From assembly GCA_964515005.1 (NCBI GenBank), contig CAZEVT010000002.1:28968-92967 (forward strand): a stretch of DNA of 64,000 nucleotides. Reading direction: 5' to 3'. The stretch's first letter is position 1. The number at the start of each line of letters is the position of its first letter. Source of the DNA: an uncultured Gammaproteobacteria bacterium. Its GTDB lineage: Bacteria > Patescibacteriota > Microgenomatia > UBA10105 > UBA927. Below the pieces are notes generated by a model, which made no database searches, had not been told where the DNA came from, and saw only the letters and a list, made by a program, of their open reading frames with translations. This document shows positions 49,401-58,903 of the stretch, piece after piece. The position numbers were made by a program, and so were the translations under genes.

Positions 49401-50696
49401 CTACTTATAAAGGGTATACTTCATTCGCCAGAGTCCGTACGCAGTAATCAAAAGTCCCAATGCAAAGATAACTTTGCCGACTCCGACCGCATCGGCAAGG
49501 ATCCCGCCTACAACCACGGGGAGTACGCCGACGCCGCCGACGGCGGCCGTCAGCATACCGTACACTCTCCCCCGCATGGATCCTTTTGCTTCGTCCTGAA
49601 GGACGCTATTGGCCGGCACATCCAAGAAACTATTGGCAACACCCAAAAGAAAAAAGAGGATAAACACGAGTGGCAGCCGCACGCTGTCGCCAAACAGCCA
49701 GGAAACCTGCGGGACGCGGTGCAGGCGCACAATCAGCGATATACAAATGAGGATGGTTCCCGCGCCCAAAACACCGGTCCGAATCAACCTCTCTTTGGGT
49801 ATCCGGAACCCGACTGCCCCCACCCAGACCGCCCCGGCAATCACCCCCAACACCGTAGGGCCGACTATAAGAAGCGACGCATCGCGGAAGTCCACCTGAA
49901 GCACCCGGTCGGCAAACCCCGGCCCCAGGGTCCCCAGCATGACGAGAATTATCTGGGTGCCGGTAAGAAGGAGGAGACTATCGGAAAGCACCCGGGACTT
50001 CCGTACATAGTTAATCCCTTTGACGAGTTCTCCCCAAACCCTTCGGGTAATATCGGATACGGAATGGCGAAATATCGCGTGGAATGCCCAGGTACCGGCC
50101 GACTGCGGCGGGAGCTGAGACTCGTTCCATGCGGCAAGGGCAAAGACGAAGCTGATGAGGACAAAAATCCCGTGTGCCCCAAATACGCGCAGAAGCGGTC
50201 CGGCAAGCACCGACCCCAGAGCAAGGCTCGAGTAAAAGGTGAATGAAAACAGACTATTTGCCGAGACAATTCGATCTTCAGGCGCAAGCTTAGGTATCAA
50301 GGGAGCCTCAGCCGGCACAAATAACTGGGTAATGATGGCATTTAGGAATGTGACGGCATATATCAAAAAAACATTTCCCGATAGAAAAAGAAGAACAAGC
50401 GTGAGGACCGCCCGCGCAATGTCGCAGTAAATGAGCACCCGCCGTTTGTCAAGATGATCAACGACCGCCCCAGCTACCATGCCAAAGACAACTGCAGGCA
50501 GACCATAAGAGAGAAAGAGCGCGGACACGGCGGTGTTGCTACCTGTTGCTTGATACACGTGGAGAGCAAGGACGAAAAGAAGCGTATTGCCGGCAAGCTG
50601 TGAACAAATCTGTCCGAACCAAAGGGAGCGAAAAGATGGGACGGCAAGTACTTTGGCGAATGATGATTGTTCCCCGTTATTTGCACCGTTTGTCAT
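49401..50696 (-). CDS. MFS transporter
   Basis: 12 TM pattern; GAVVDHLDKRR motif A; MRGRVYG. Confidence 0.9.
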   Translation of the reverse strand: MTNGANNGEQSSFAKVLAVPSFRSLWFGQICSQLAGNTLLFVLALHVYQATGSNTAVSALFLSYGLPAVVFGMVAGAVVDHLDKRRVLIYCDIARAVLTLVLLFLSGNVFLIYAVTFLNAIITQLFVPAEAPLIPKLAPEDRIVSANSLFSFTFYSSLALGSVLAGPLLRVFGAHGIFVLISFVFALAAWNESQLPPQSAGTWAFHAIFRHSVSDITRRVWGELVKGINYVRKSRVLSDSLLLLTGTQIILVMLGTLGPGFADRVLQVDFRDASLLIVGPTVLGVIAGAVWVGAVGFRIPKERLIRTGVLGAGTILICISLIVRLHRVPQVSWLFGDSVRLPLVFILFFLLGVANSFLDVPANSVLQDEAKGSMRGRVYGMLTAAVGGVGVLPVVVGGILADAVGVGKVIFALGLLITAYGLWRMKYTLYK

Positions 50697-50716
50697 AGAT
50701 TTGCTACAATAGATAC

Positions 50717-51190
50717 ATGACTGCTACCGCGCATGCATTGATTGCCGGCGCCATCGCCACAAGCATCCCCAATCCGTATATTTCGGTACCTCTTGCGATA
50801 GGCTCTCATTTTCTCATAGACAGTGTCCCCCACTGGGATTTCGGCACCAACTGGCGCGGCCGCACCAAACAAAGAACCGGGCTTTTCGCAATCTTGGAAA
50901 CCGCCCTTGGTATAACGCTAGCATATTTTGTATTTGCGGGAAAGGTGGAGACCCCGGTACTCATGCTGACGATCATCGCCTCGGAACTTCCGGATTGGCT
51001 GGAAGCCCCGTGGTATATATTTTTTTCCGGGCATACCAAACACGCGCCCGACAGCCGCGCCGGTTTTTGGGAAAAGCTCACCTACGGCATATACCGCACG
51101 GAAAATGTATTTCACGCCAAAGCGCACTTTCCACTCGGGGTCCTGACGCAAATTCTGACGGTAGCATTTTTCCTACTGCTCTTGCGTTAA
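50717..51190 (+). CDS. Membrane-bound metal-dependent hydrolase-like protein
   Basis: TAHAL, SHFLIDSVPHWD, LPD, FH. Confidence 0.6.
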   Translation: MTATAHALIAGAIATSIPNPYISVPLAIGSHFLIDSVPHWDFGTNWRGRTKQRTGLFAILETALGITLAYFVFAGKVETPVLMLTIIASELPDWLEAPWYIFFSGHTKHAPDSRAGFWEKLTYGIYRTENVFHAKAHFPLGVLTQILTVAFFLLLLR

Positions 51191-52137
51191 CGGCGGATGC
51201 GGATAAGTCCGGAACACGGGGTAATCTTTACACCTTTCTTCTCAAATTCATCCAGAAGTAGATTCATACCCAAACTATCCGAGCTCATATGCCCCGCAAC
51301 AACAAGATTTATGTGGTGCTTGAGGCATTCTTTACGATGCTCTTCTCCCGCGTGCATGCCAACAATGGTCCCAACTCCAGCATTGGCAAGTTTTTCATAC
51401 ACAAGATGAGAAGGCTCTGTCCCGCCGGTCATATCAACAACAATTTTCCCGATACGGTTTCCCTGGTTTCCCGCAAAAATCATAGGTCCAGCTTTGACCT
51501 TCGTCGCTTCTTTATACTCTGGAATGTCCCGAAGAATATCCACTACATCCCCTACTGTCTCAGGCGATTTTTTTTCGATCAATCGATCTAAAAAGGTTGA
51601 TACAAGATTGTCGGTAATTGTATGCGTACACATAAGGGCCAACCCTAAAAGTCGTGCGGCATCGACAGGCTGATTATGATTGCGAGGAGCAAATCTCCTT
51701 TGAATTTCACTTAAACGGTCATTAGTGAGGGCTTCGGCAATATTAATTGGTACGCCATATTTTGCCATCCAGTCTGCCTGAACTCCCATCACCTCATGCA
51801 TAGCAGCAAGAGGCGCGCCAATGGGATGATGCCCAACAAGAAGATCAATGCTTTTGCCTTTCTCATTCAAGCGATCCGCAAGCAGTACCTCGGCGGCTGT
51901 AATATCTATGCCAGCCAGAATTGAATTAACTTCGAGATTGGGATTCCCAATGAGAACGCGAGAATCTGTGTAGGGATTCTTGAAATCCTCCATGTCAAAC
52001 TCTTCTTTTTTTGATTTAGGAAGATCTTCGTATTCAGCTTTCCGACGGGCAAGAAATTTTCTCACTCCTTCTACCCCGCGTGGATCGGCTGCGATTCCCA
52101 TTTTGACTGCCAGCGTATATATATCTCCAAGTTTCAT
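51187..52137 (-). CDS. NIF3-like protein
   Basis: NPYTDSR, GHHP, HTITDN, GMH, AGHMSSDSLG. Confidence 0.8.
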   Translation of the reverse strand: MKLGDIYTLAVKMGIAADPRGVEGVRKFLARRKAEYEDLPKSKKEEFDMEDFKNPYTDSRVLIGNPNLEVNSILAGIDITAAEVLLADRLNEKGKSIDLLVGHHPIGAPLAAMHEVMGVQADWMAKYGVPINIAEALTNDRLSEIQRRFAPRNHNQPVDAARLLGLALMCTHTITDNLVSTFLDRLIEKKSPETVGDVVDILRDIPEYKEATKVKAGPMIFAGNQGNRIGKIVVDMTGGTEPSHLVYEKLANAGVGTIVGMHAGEEHRKECLKHHINLVVAGHMSSDSLGMNLLLDEFEKKGVKITPCSGLIRIRR

Positions 52138-52146
52138 ATGGGTTGT

Positions 52147-52349
52147 ATTTCTCCGAAGGAGCAATACGTCTTCGTATTATATCAAACTCTGGTGCCTAGG
52201 GAGAGACTCGAACTCTCATGGAGTGTTAGCCCCACAGGTTTTTGAGACCTGCGCGTCTACCGGTTCCGCCACCCAGGCGCGATTACTGCGAAGCAGCAAT
52301 ACGTCTTCGTAATTACTCCGAAGGAGCAATGCTTCTTAGCATTATATCA
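52147..52349. repeat. Three copies of a 30-38 bp double-hairpin repeat flanking tRNA-Leu
   Basis: Copies at 52147-52184, 52282-52311, 52312-52349 with compensatory stem changes. Confidence 0.85.
52190..52278 (-). tRNA. tRNA-Leu (CAA)
   Basis: GCCTGGG/CCTAGGC acceptor stem, anticodon arm CAGGT-CTCAAAA-ACCTG, long variable arm, GTTCGAG, encoded CCA. Confidence 0.96.
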
Positions 52350-53690
52350 TTTAGCCGCGGCCTCTTCGCGTTTCCGCTCTACGCCGTAAAAACGGATCCT
52401 ATCGCCCCGGAAGATAAGGTCGACCTCCCCCAAGGGTCCGTTTCTGTGTTTGGCCACGCGGAGCTTCGTCGGGATCTGAGTCCCCCACTGCGTCTGGTCG
52501 CCTTGTTCCCGGTACAAAAACATAACGACATCGGCGTCCTGCTCGATCGATCCTGACTCGCGAAGATCAGATAGCTCCGGAACCCGGGTGCCGCGCGATT
52601 CAACGGCACGCGACAGCTGTGAACAGGCAAGTACCGGAAGCCGGAGTTCGCGCGCGAGATTCTTGAGGCTCTGGGAAATGACGGACACCTCCTGGACGCG
52701 GTTGTCGAATTTCCGACCCGAATCGGCAAGTTGAAGGTAGTCGACGATGATAAGTTTCACGTCATGCTCCACCTGAAGGCGGCGTGCCTTCGTGCGCATT
52801 TCCAGTATGTTTAACCCAGGTGTGTCATCAATGTATAGGGGGGCCTCCGCAAGCTCGCCCATCGCCTCGGAAAGCTTAGTAAAATCATCGTCCGTCAGCT
52901 TGCCGGTCTTGAGCTTCCACGCGTCGATATCCGCCTGGGAAACGAGGAGCCTATCCACGACCTCTTCTTTACTCATTTCCAAAGAAAATATGCCAACCGG
53001 AATTTTTTCCTTCACCGCCACATACTGGGCGATATTGAGAATCATCGCGGTTTTCCCGGTTCCCGGACGGGCTGCAAGAATAAGAAGGTTAGCGTCCTGC
53101 ATGCCTGCGAGCCGGAAGTCTATATCGGGAAACCCCGTTGGCACACCCCGGAGTCCCCCGGCTCTCTTATGAAGCTCGTCTAAACGGTCAAACGAGGAGG
53201 CAAGCGCATCTTTAATCGGGATAAAGTCGCGCTTGGTTGCCGCCTGGGAGATGGCAAATATTTCCTGTTCTGCCTGGTCCAGTATTTCCTTGGCATCCCC
53301 TTCTTCCTTAAACGCCAGTTCGGTAACCCGCGCCCCAAGTTCAACCAAGCGGCGCTTGGTATAATTTTCCTGGATGATACGGGCATACTTGGCCGCGTGG
53401 GCTGAGGTCGGCACCACATTCAAAAGATCGGAAACTGCAGACGCTCCGCCTGCCACTTTCAGTGACCCGTCTTTTTTCAGCTGGGCGGTCACCGACACCA
53501 CGTCTAAGGGCTCATGCGCCTCGTAAAGCGCTATCATTGCCGTAAATATGGCGGCGTGGGCGTCGCGGTAAAAGTGGGCGGGACGCAAAAATTCCGCAAC
53601 CTCAATCATCGCGTCTTTGTCGATTAAAATCGCACCCAGTACCGATTGTTCGGCCACCGAGTCATGCGGGGGGACCTTGGGATCGGCCAT
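52347..53690 (-). CDS. dnaB: Replicative DNA helicase DnaB
   Basis: PPH...AEQSVLG, ARPGTGKT, VDYLQL, SQLSR, LRESGSIEQDAD; no intein. Confidence 0.97.
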   Translation of the reverse strand: MADPKVPPHDSVAEQSVLGAILIDKDAMIEVAEFLRPAHFYRDAHAAIFTAMIALYEAHEPLDVVSVTAQLKKDGSLKVAGGASAVSDLLNVVPTSAHAAKYARIIQENYTKRRLVELGARVTELAFKEEGDAKEILDQAEQEIFAISQAATKRDFIPIKDALASSFDRLDELHKRAGGLRGVPTGFPDIDFRLAGMQDANLLILAARPGTGKTAMILNIAQYVAVKEKIPVGIFSLEMSKEEVVDRLLVSQADIDAWKLKTGKLTDDDFTKLSEAMGELAEAPLYIDDTPGLNILEMRTKARRLQVEHDVKLIIVDYLQLADSGRKFDNRVQEVSVISQSLKNLARELRLPVLACSQLSRAVESRGTRVPELSDLRESGSIEQDADVVMFLYREQGDQTQWGTQIPTKLRVAKHRNGPLGEVDLIFRGDRIRFYGVERKREEAAAK

Positions 53691-53691
53691 A

Positions 53692-54249
53692 TTATTCAAG
53701 GACGACAACCTGCATTTGTTCGGGTAGTTTGCCGGCGGACGCGACAAGTTTTGCCTGCGGCGCCGTGTCTTCTTTTCCTATTTCCTTCAAAAATGCTGCT
53801 AGCTCGTCTTTTTCATAGCGCATAGGTATGACGATTGACGGTTCTATCTCATGGATCACGGGTATGGCAGTTGCGACGGGAACTAAAAGAATATCCACAC
53901 CATCCAACGCTTCCACCTCGGTAGTCGACAATGGATCCGTAAGATCTCCAAGATGCACAATAGATATGCCGTCTACTTCAATTCGATACACCGTGTTGAT
54001 ACCGATGGAACGACCGATAATGCCCACTCCTTTTATTTCATATTCCCCGGGACCACGCACAATATACGGATCGCCTTCGATCTGCCCTTCTGCCGAATGA
54101 TCGCCGTGCCCATGGGAGATCGTGACGATATCTGCCGCCACGTGTTTGGGAAATTTGAGGCCAGAATCCCCCCCATAGGGATCCGTGACAATTGTTGCGG
54201 TTTTTCCTTTGATGCGAAACGATGAATGACCCAAGTAGGTGATGTCCAT
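53692..54249 (-). CDS. Metallo-beta-lactamase-fold hydrolase
   Basis: LGHSSF, TDP, SHGHGDH, HLGDL. Confidence 0.85.
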   Translation of the reverse strand: MDITYLGHSSFRIKGKTATIVTDPYGGDSGLKFPKHVAADIVTISHGHGDHSAEGQIEGDPYIVRGPGEYEIKGVGIIGRSIGINTVYRIEVDGISIVHLGDLTDPLSTTEVEALDGVDILLVPVATAIPVIHEIEPSIVIPMRYEKDELAAFLKEIGKEDTAPQAKLVASAGKLPEQMQVVVLE

Positions 54250-54303
54250 AGCGGCACTTGCAATTTATAACAGATTTGGCTATCCTTAGCAACACCTTTC
54301 TTT

Positions 54304-54741
54304 ATGAACAAAGACGCACTACTGGCGACATTAATCGGTTTTGGCATAGGACTGCTCATCACGGGACTCCTCCTTTTGGGACCAAACCTCCTGAAGTCTT
54401 TCCCCAAAATTCGGCTTCCAAATTTTTCATTCGCTCAAAAAAAGACAGACGTTACGCCGACACCGACGCCTACCAGTCTCACGCCAACGATCGATAGTCC
54501 CCTGGCTGATGCCATAGAAGAAAATGATGAAGTGTTGGTATCGGGATCAACCAGCCCGGGGGCAATCGTGGTGATTGCCGGATCCATAGATGAAATCGTT
54601 GTTGTTGCAAGTGGTGATGGTAAATTCGCCGGGAAAGTGGCGCTTGCGGAGGGAAAAAATGATTTGACGATTACCGCCTACGCAGACACCGAGCAGGCGG
54701 CATCCGCCGTCACCGTATTTTATACACCAGAAAAACTATGA
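54304..54741 (+). CDS. Membrane-anchored Ig-like domain protein
   Basis: N-terminal TM, PT linker, VSGST...GKF...LAEGKN. Confidence 0.7.
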   Translation: MNKDALLATLIGFGIGLLITGLLLLGPNLLKSFPKIRLPNFSFAQKKTDVTPTPTPTSLTPTIDSPLADAIEENDEVLVSGSTSPGAIVVIAGSIDEIVVVASGDGKFAGKVALAEGKNDLTITAYADTEQAASAVTVFYTPEKL

Positions 54742-55508
54742 AAAAACTACTCCTTATTCTACTAGCCTTATTCCTAACCACTGGCGTTGCTGCCCAAACT
54801 GCAAGCCCATCGGCGACTCCCTCGGAATCCAAACAAAAACTGGATGATCTGAAGGACCGGCTCGCGACCAAAGTCGCGCAGCTTCGCCAAACCCAGAAAC
54901 GGGCAATCTTTGGTACGGTGAAGGCAACCTCTGTTTCCACCATCACCGTGGAAACCAAAACGAGCGATGTCAAAATAGAACTCACGGACGAGATCAAAGT
55001 CGGACAGATCCTTAAAGGAAAGCGCACCGAGCTGACGACCGAAGATCTTGCCAAGGGTGACACCGTCGTTGTTTTTGGTGACTACGACGAGAATCTGGAT
55101 CTTCTGAAGGCGCAGGTCATCTTTATTCAAGCTACCCTCCCCATGCGTATATCCGGCACCATAACGAAGACATCAAAAGATGACTTTACCCTGACGGTCG
55201 CCACACCGGAAGGCCCCACCTATACCGTGGATTTCGAAACTTCGACCAAAACATCTCTCTGGACGCAAGAAAAGGGCTCTGCCAAAGGCAGTTTCTCCAA
55301 ACTCCTCGTCGGGGACACGGTCCATATATTGGGAAATCCCGTCGCCAAAAAAGAAAACCGCGTGAGTGCGCTGCGGATTCTGGATATCGGAAACCTTACG
55401 GGCGCTCCCACGACCCCTACCACGACAGAAGCGTCGCCATCGGCGACTGCCAAAACAACGCCAAAACCAACTGCAACCCCGAAGGCTACGCCTACTCCCA
55501 CCCCATAG
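54738..55508 (+). CDS. Secreted protein with OB-like repeats (DUF5666-like)
   Basis: Signal peptide, two L-x-x-GDTV repeats, PT-rich tail. Confidence 0.65.
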   Translation: MKKLLLILLALFLTTGVAAQTASPSATPSESKQKLDDLKDRLATKVAQLRQTQKRAIFGTVKATSVSTITVETKTSDVKIELTDEIKVGQILKGKRTELTTEDLAKGDTVVVFGDYDENLDLLKAQVIFIQATLPMRISGTITKTSKDDFTLTVATPEGPTYTVDFETSTKTSLWTQEKGSAKGSFSKLLVGDTVHILGNPVAKKENRVSALRILDIGNLTGAPTTPTTTEASPSATAKTTPKPTATPKATPTPTP

Positions 55509-55527
55509 GACGTGTTACCATGGAACT

Positions 55528-55854
55528 ATGAAAAAATTCCGGACTGACCCGTTCCCTACTGCCACGCCAAGTAACTACCCGACTCCGGAAGTGAAAGAAC
55601 TGTTTCAAGCAATCCTTGCGCTCAAGAACGAAACAGAGGCAAAAAGCTTTTTCCGCGACTTACTCACGATGGCGGAAATAAAAGAGTTTTCCAACCGCTG
55701 GCAGATGGTAAAGTTGATCTCCCAAGGAGCCTCCTACGCCACCATTGCAAAAAAACTAAACGTGTCAACCGCCACCGTCACTCGGGTCGCTCATTGGTTC
55801 AAAAAAGGTTTCGGCGGATATAAGGCAATTGCCGACCGCCAATTCTCCCCTTGA
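55528..55854 (+). CDS. TrpR-like YerC/YecD (HisR-type) regulator
   Basis: FFRDLLT..EI...RW...SY..IA...VSTATVTRV. Confidence 0.9.
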   Translation: MKKFRTDPFPTATPSNYPTPEVKELFQAILALKNETEAKSFFRDLLTMAEIKEFSNRWQMVKLISQGASYATIAKKLNVSTATVTRVAHWFKKGFGGYKAIADRQFSP

Positions 55855-55893
55855 CAATGACATATTAGCGTGTTAATATATTAACGCGTTAAT
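55851..55893 (+). promoter_or_regulatory. Promoter with overlapping 30-bp palindromic operator
   Basis: TTGACA-N17-TAATAT with TG extension; palindrome ATTAGCGTGTTAATA/TATTAACGCGTTAAT, 13 of 15 pairs. Confidence 0.65.
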
Positions 55894-56097
55894 ACGCATG
55901 ATCTGTCTATGAATCTTTTTCGATCACTCATTATCACTTCGTATCAAGCCGATTCTGTCGGCTTTTCCTCGTTGCATCATCGCCTTATCTAAACCTACGC
56001 ATGGTCGAGGCGAGACCAATTCCTCAAACTAGCTTTCTTCATTTTCTCTCTCCTCTCCCATTCGCAGGTTTTATTATTCTGCGAAGAAGGAGGTTCT

Positions 56098-57627
56098 ATG
56101 AAAAATGTTGTTACCCTGACGGGTGATTCGCTCACCATTGAAAACGTAGTTGCTGTGGCACGAAACAATGCCAAAGTTGTCGTACCCAAAAAGGTTATTA
56201 AACAGATACAGGATAATTGGGAGGCAATCGCAGAAATGCTTGAGCGCGGCGACACGATGTATGGCCTCAACACCGGCATCGGTGGATTCGGTAATGTCAA
56301 AATATCCAAAGACAAAGCCGGTGAGCTATCAACACGCATGCTCCGGGCCCATTCTTCAGGGTATGGCAATCCTGTTGATGTGGAAACGGCGAGGGCCACG
56401 CTCCTTTTGCGGCTCAACGTATTTGCCAAGGGGTATAGCGGACTCCGGCCAAAATTGTTTTTGACCTTCGTTGAGATGCTCAACCGTGGTGTGACTCCTC
56501 TCTTCTATGAAAAGGGCTCTGTCGGAACAAGCGGCGACTTGGCCCCGCTATCCCAAATGGGGTTGGTCATCATCGGTGAAGGCAAAGCGTATTACAAAGG
56601 ACAGGTATATCCGGGCGATGTTGCTATGAAACGCGCAGACATACCTATCGTTCCCCTTGCCTATCGCGAGGGACTCGCAATTATGAACGGCAGTCAATTT
56701 ATGACAGCGATTGCCGCGCTAAATATTTATGACGCAGAGCGACTCATCAAACAAACAGAAATTGTTTGCAGTATGACGATTGACGTCCTCAATTGTGTCG
56801 AGAGTGCGTATAGCAAAGAATATAACGGCGTGCGGCCGTTTAAGGGGCAAAACATCACCGCGGCAAACATTCGAACCATCACGCGCGGCAGCGAGCTGAT
56901 GAAACAGCCAAAGAAAAACGTCCAGAATGCATATTCGCTCCGCAGCGTCCCGCAGGTGGTTGGCGCGATCCGGGATGCGCTCGATTATATACGACCTATT
57001 ACAGAAATAGAGATGAACGCAGTTGCCGATAATCCTATTTTCTTTACGAAAGAAAAGGTATGTCGGACAGGAGCTAATTTTCACGGTGCACCGATTGGAT
57101 ATACGCAGGATTTACTCGGCATTGTCATCACCGATATGGGAAACATATCAGAGAGGCAAACCAACAATCTCATGGACCCTGCCTGTTCCAAAGACTTACC
57201 AGCGTTCTTGGTTGAGAGCGCCGGGCTTGATTCTGGCCTCATGATCTCGCAGTACACGCAGGCCGCTCTTGTGTCTGAGAATAAAATCCTTGCAAGTCCA
57301 GCAAGCGTTGATTCGATCCCTGTTTCGGGCAACCAAGAGGATCACGTTTCGTTCGGAACGATTGCTGCACGCAAAGCAAGGGAGATTATCAGAAATACAG
57401 AAGCGGTCGTTGCCATACAACTTTTGGCAACGTGCCAAGCTTATGAATTTCGTAAGCCGCTGGCGCCATCGCCGACTTTTCAGGCGGTGTACAAACTCGT
57501 GCGAAGAGTAAGTTCGGCCATTACCGAGGACCGGGCCTTTTACAGGGATATTGAAGTAATGGTTCCGCTTATTCGCGAATATAAAGTATTGTCTGCAGCT
57601 GAAAAAACCATAGGCAAGCTTTTATGA
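56098..57627 (+). CDS. hutH: Histidine ammonia-lyase (MIO enzyme, TSG variant)
   Basis: YGLNTGIG, GSVGTSGDLAPL, EGLAIMNG, YSLRSVPQ, NFHG, NQEDHVS. Confidence 0.85.
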   Translation: MKNVVTLTGDSLTIENVVAVARNNAKVVVPKKVIKQIQDNWEAIAEMLERGDTMYGLNTGIGGFGNVKISKDKAGELSTRMLRAHSSGYGNPVDVETARATLLLRLNVFAKGYSGLRPKLFLTFVEMLNRGVTPLFYEKGSVGTSGDLAPLSQMGLVIIGEGKAYYKGQVYPGDVAMKRADIPIVPLAYREGLAIMNGSQFMTAIAALNIYDAERLIKQTEIVCSMTIDVLNCVESAYSKEYNGVRPFKGQNITAANIRTITRGSELMKQPKKNVQNAYSLRSVPQVVGAIRDALDYIRPITEIEMNAVADNPIFFTKEKVCRTGANFHGAPIGYTQDLLGIVITDMGNISERQTNNLMDPACSKDLPAFLVESAGLDSGLMISQYTQAALVSENKILASPASVDSIPVSGNQEDHVSFGTIAARKAREIIRNTEAVVAIQLLATCQAYEFRKPLAPSPTFQAVYKLVRRVSSAITEDRAFYRDIEVMVPLIREYKVLSAAEKTIGKLL

Positions 57628-57642
57628 AAGAGGCGATGCATT

Positions 57643-57858
57643 ATGTCAAAAATAGAAATATTAGAAGGACTAATCGAAAAAATATACAGGAACAACCCGA
57701 TATATCTTCCCAAGAAATCTTGGCTTAGAACCGTAAACGGTCCTATCGTTGAGGGTGTGGGCGCTCCTGAACCTGGGGAGTATGAAGCATGGATTAGCAC
57801 ATGTCGGAGTTGGTTGGAAAACGATATCGAGGTAGCAAACGATTCCCCCATTCCATAA
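57643..57858 (+). CDS. Hypothetical protein
   Basis: 71-aa ORF between hutH and the peptidase. Confidence 0.45.
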   Translation: MSKIEILEGLIEKIYRNNPIYLPKKSWLRTVNGPIVEGVGAPEPGEYEAWISTCRSWLENDIEVANDSPIP

Positions 57859-57885
57859 TACCCATGATATATAATGCAATGAACT

Positions 57886-58902
57886 ATGTTTTCACCGTTA
57901 AAAAATATTGACGCATTACTCATAACGGACCCGACAAATATTCGGTATCTGACGGGGTTTGTCAGCGTCGAAGATAGAGACGCATATGTGCTACTGACAA
58001 AAGACAACACCTACTTTTTTACTTCTTCCCTGTATATGGAACAAGCCAAAAAATTATCACCCATCCAAATCTCCAGAGACGATCCGATTGCAAAAGAAGT
58101 AGAAAAACTCTGCGAAAAGTTACACATTAAAAAACTTGGGTTTGAGGAGTCGGATCTGACGGTTTCCGAATATAACAAGTTAAAAAGTCTACCCCTTGTT
58201 CCGACAGCCAATAGAATTGAAGAGCTGCGTATGATCAAACGCGCTGATGAAATTGCGAATATACGCTTGGCGACCAGTCTTACGGATCAATGTTTCAAAT
58301 TCATCGCCCGCCGCATACGACCCGGCGTCACAGAATCCCGCCTTGCACAGGAAATCGAGGGGTTCCTGCGGTACCATGGGGCTGAAAACGCATTCCCCCC
58401 GATCGTTGCTTTTAACGAACACAGTTCCCAACCTCATTATCAGACGCGGAGTCATGATCCGCTGCGGCGCGGCTCACTCGTGCTTCTCGATTTTGGCGCA
58501 AAAATAAACGGGTACTGTGCCGATATGACGCGTGTTGTGTTTTTGGGCACGCCGAACCCTGAATGGAAACGGGCCTACGATACCGTTTTGCAGGCACAAA
58601 GCAAGGCGCTTGAGCTCTTGGCTAGCGGCACAAGAAGCGGGAGGACACTGGACGCCGCTGCAAAAGAAGTGATTGCCAAAGCACATCTGCCGCCCTACTC
58701 TCATAGCTTGGGGCACAACGTGGGCCTGGATGTTCACGAAGGACCGCGCCTGACGGTCAAAAAAGACAAAACACTTCTGCCCGGTATGGTGTTTTCCGTC
58801 GAGCCGGGAATGTACATCGAGGGCCGGTATGGCATACGCATCGAAGACTTGGTACTATTGAAAGAGGACGGTATCGACATACTATCCAAATCAAACAAAT
58901 AA
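57886..58902 (+). CDS. pepP: Xaa-Pro aminopeptidase (M24B)
   Basis: NIRYLTGF, DFGA, DMTR, HSLGH, EPG, RIED. Confidence 0.9.
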   Translation: MFSPLKNIDALLITDPTNIRYLTGFVSVEDRDAYVLLTKDNTYFFTSSLYMEQAKKLSPIQISRDDPIAKEVEKLCEKLHIKKLGFEESDLTVSEYNKLKSLPLVPTANRIEELRMIKRADEIANIRLATSLTDQCFKFIARRIRPGVTESRLAQEIEGFLRYHGAENAFPPIVAFNEHSSQPHYQTRSHDPLRRGSLVLLDFGAKINGYCADMTRVVFLGTPNPEWKRAYDTVLQAQSKALELLASGTRSGRTLDAAAKEVIAKAHLPPYSHSLGHNVGLDVHEGPRLTVKKDKTLLPGMVFSVEPGMYIEGRYGIRIEDLVLLKEDGIDILSKSNK

Positions 58903-58903
58903 T

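Noticed and set aside
52190-52278. Prophage or island integrated at tRNA-Leu
   Set aside because: No duplicated tRNA 3' end seen and no adjacent integrase; neighbours look like core genes.
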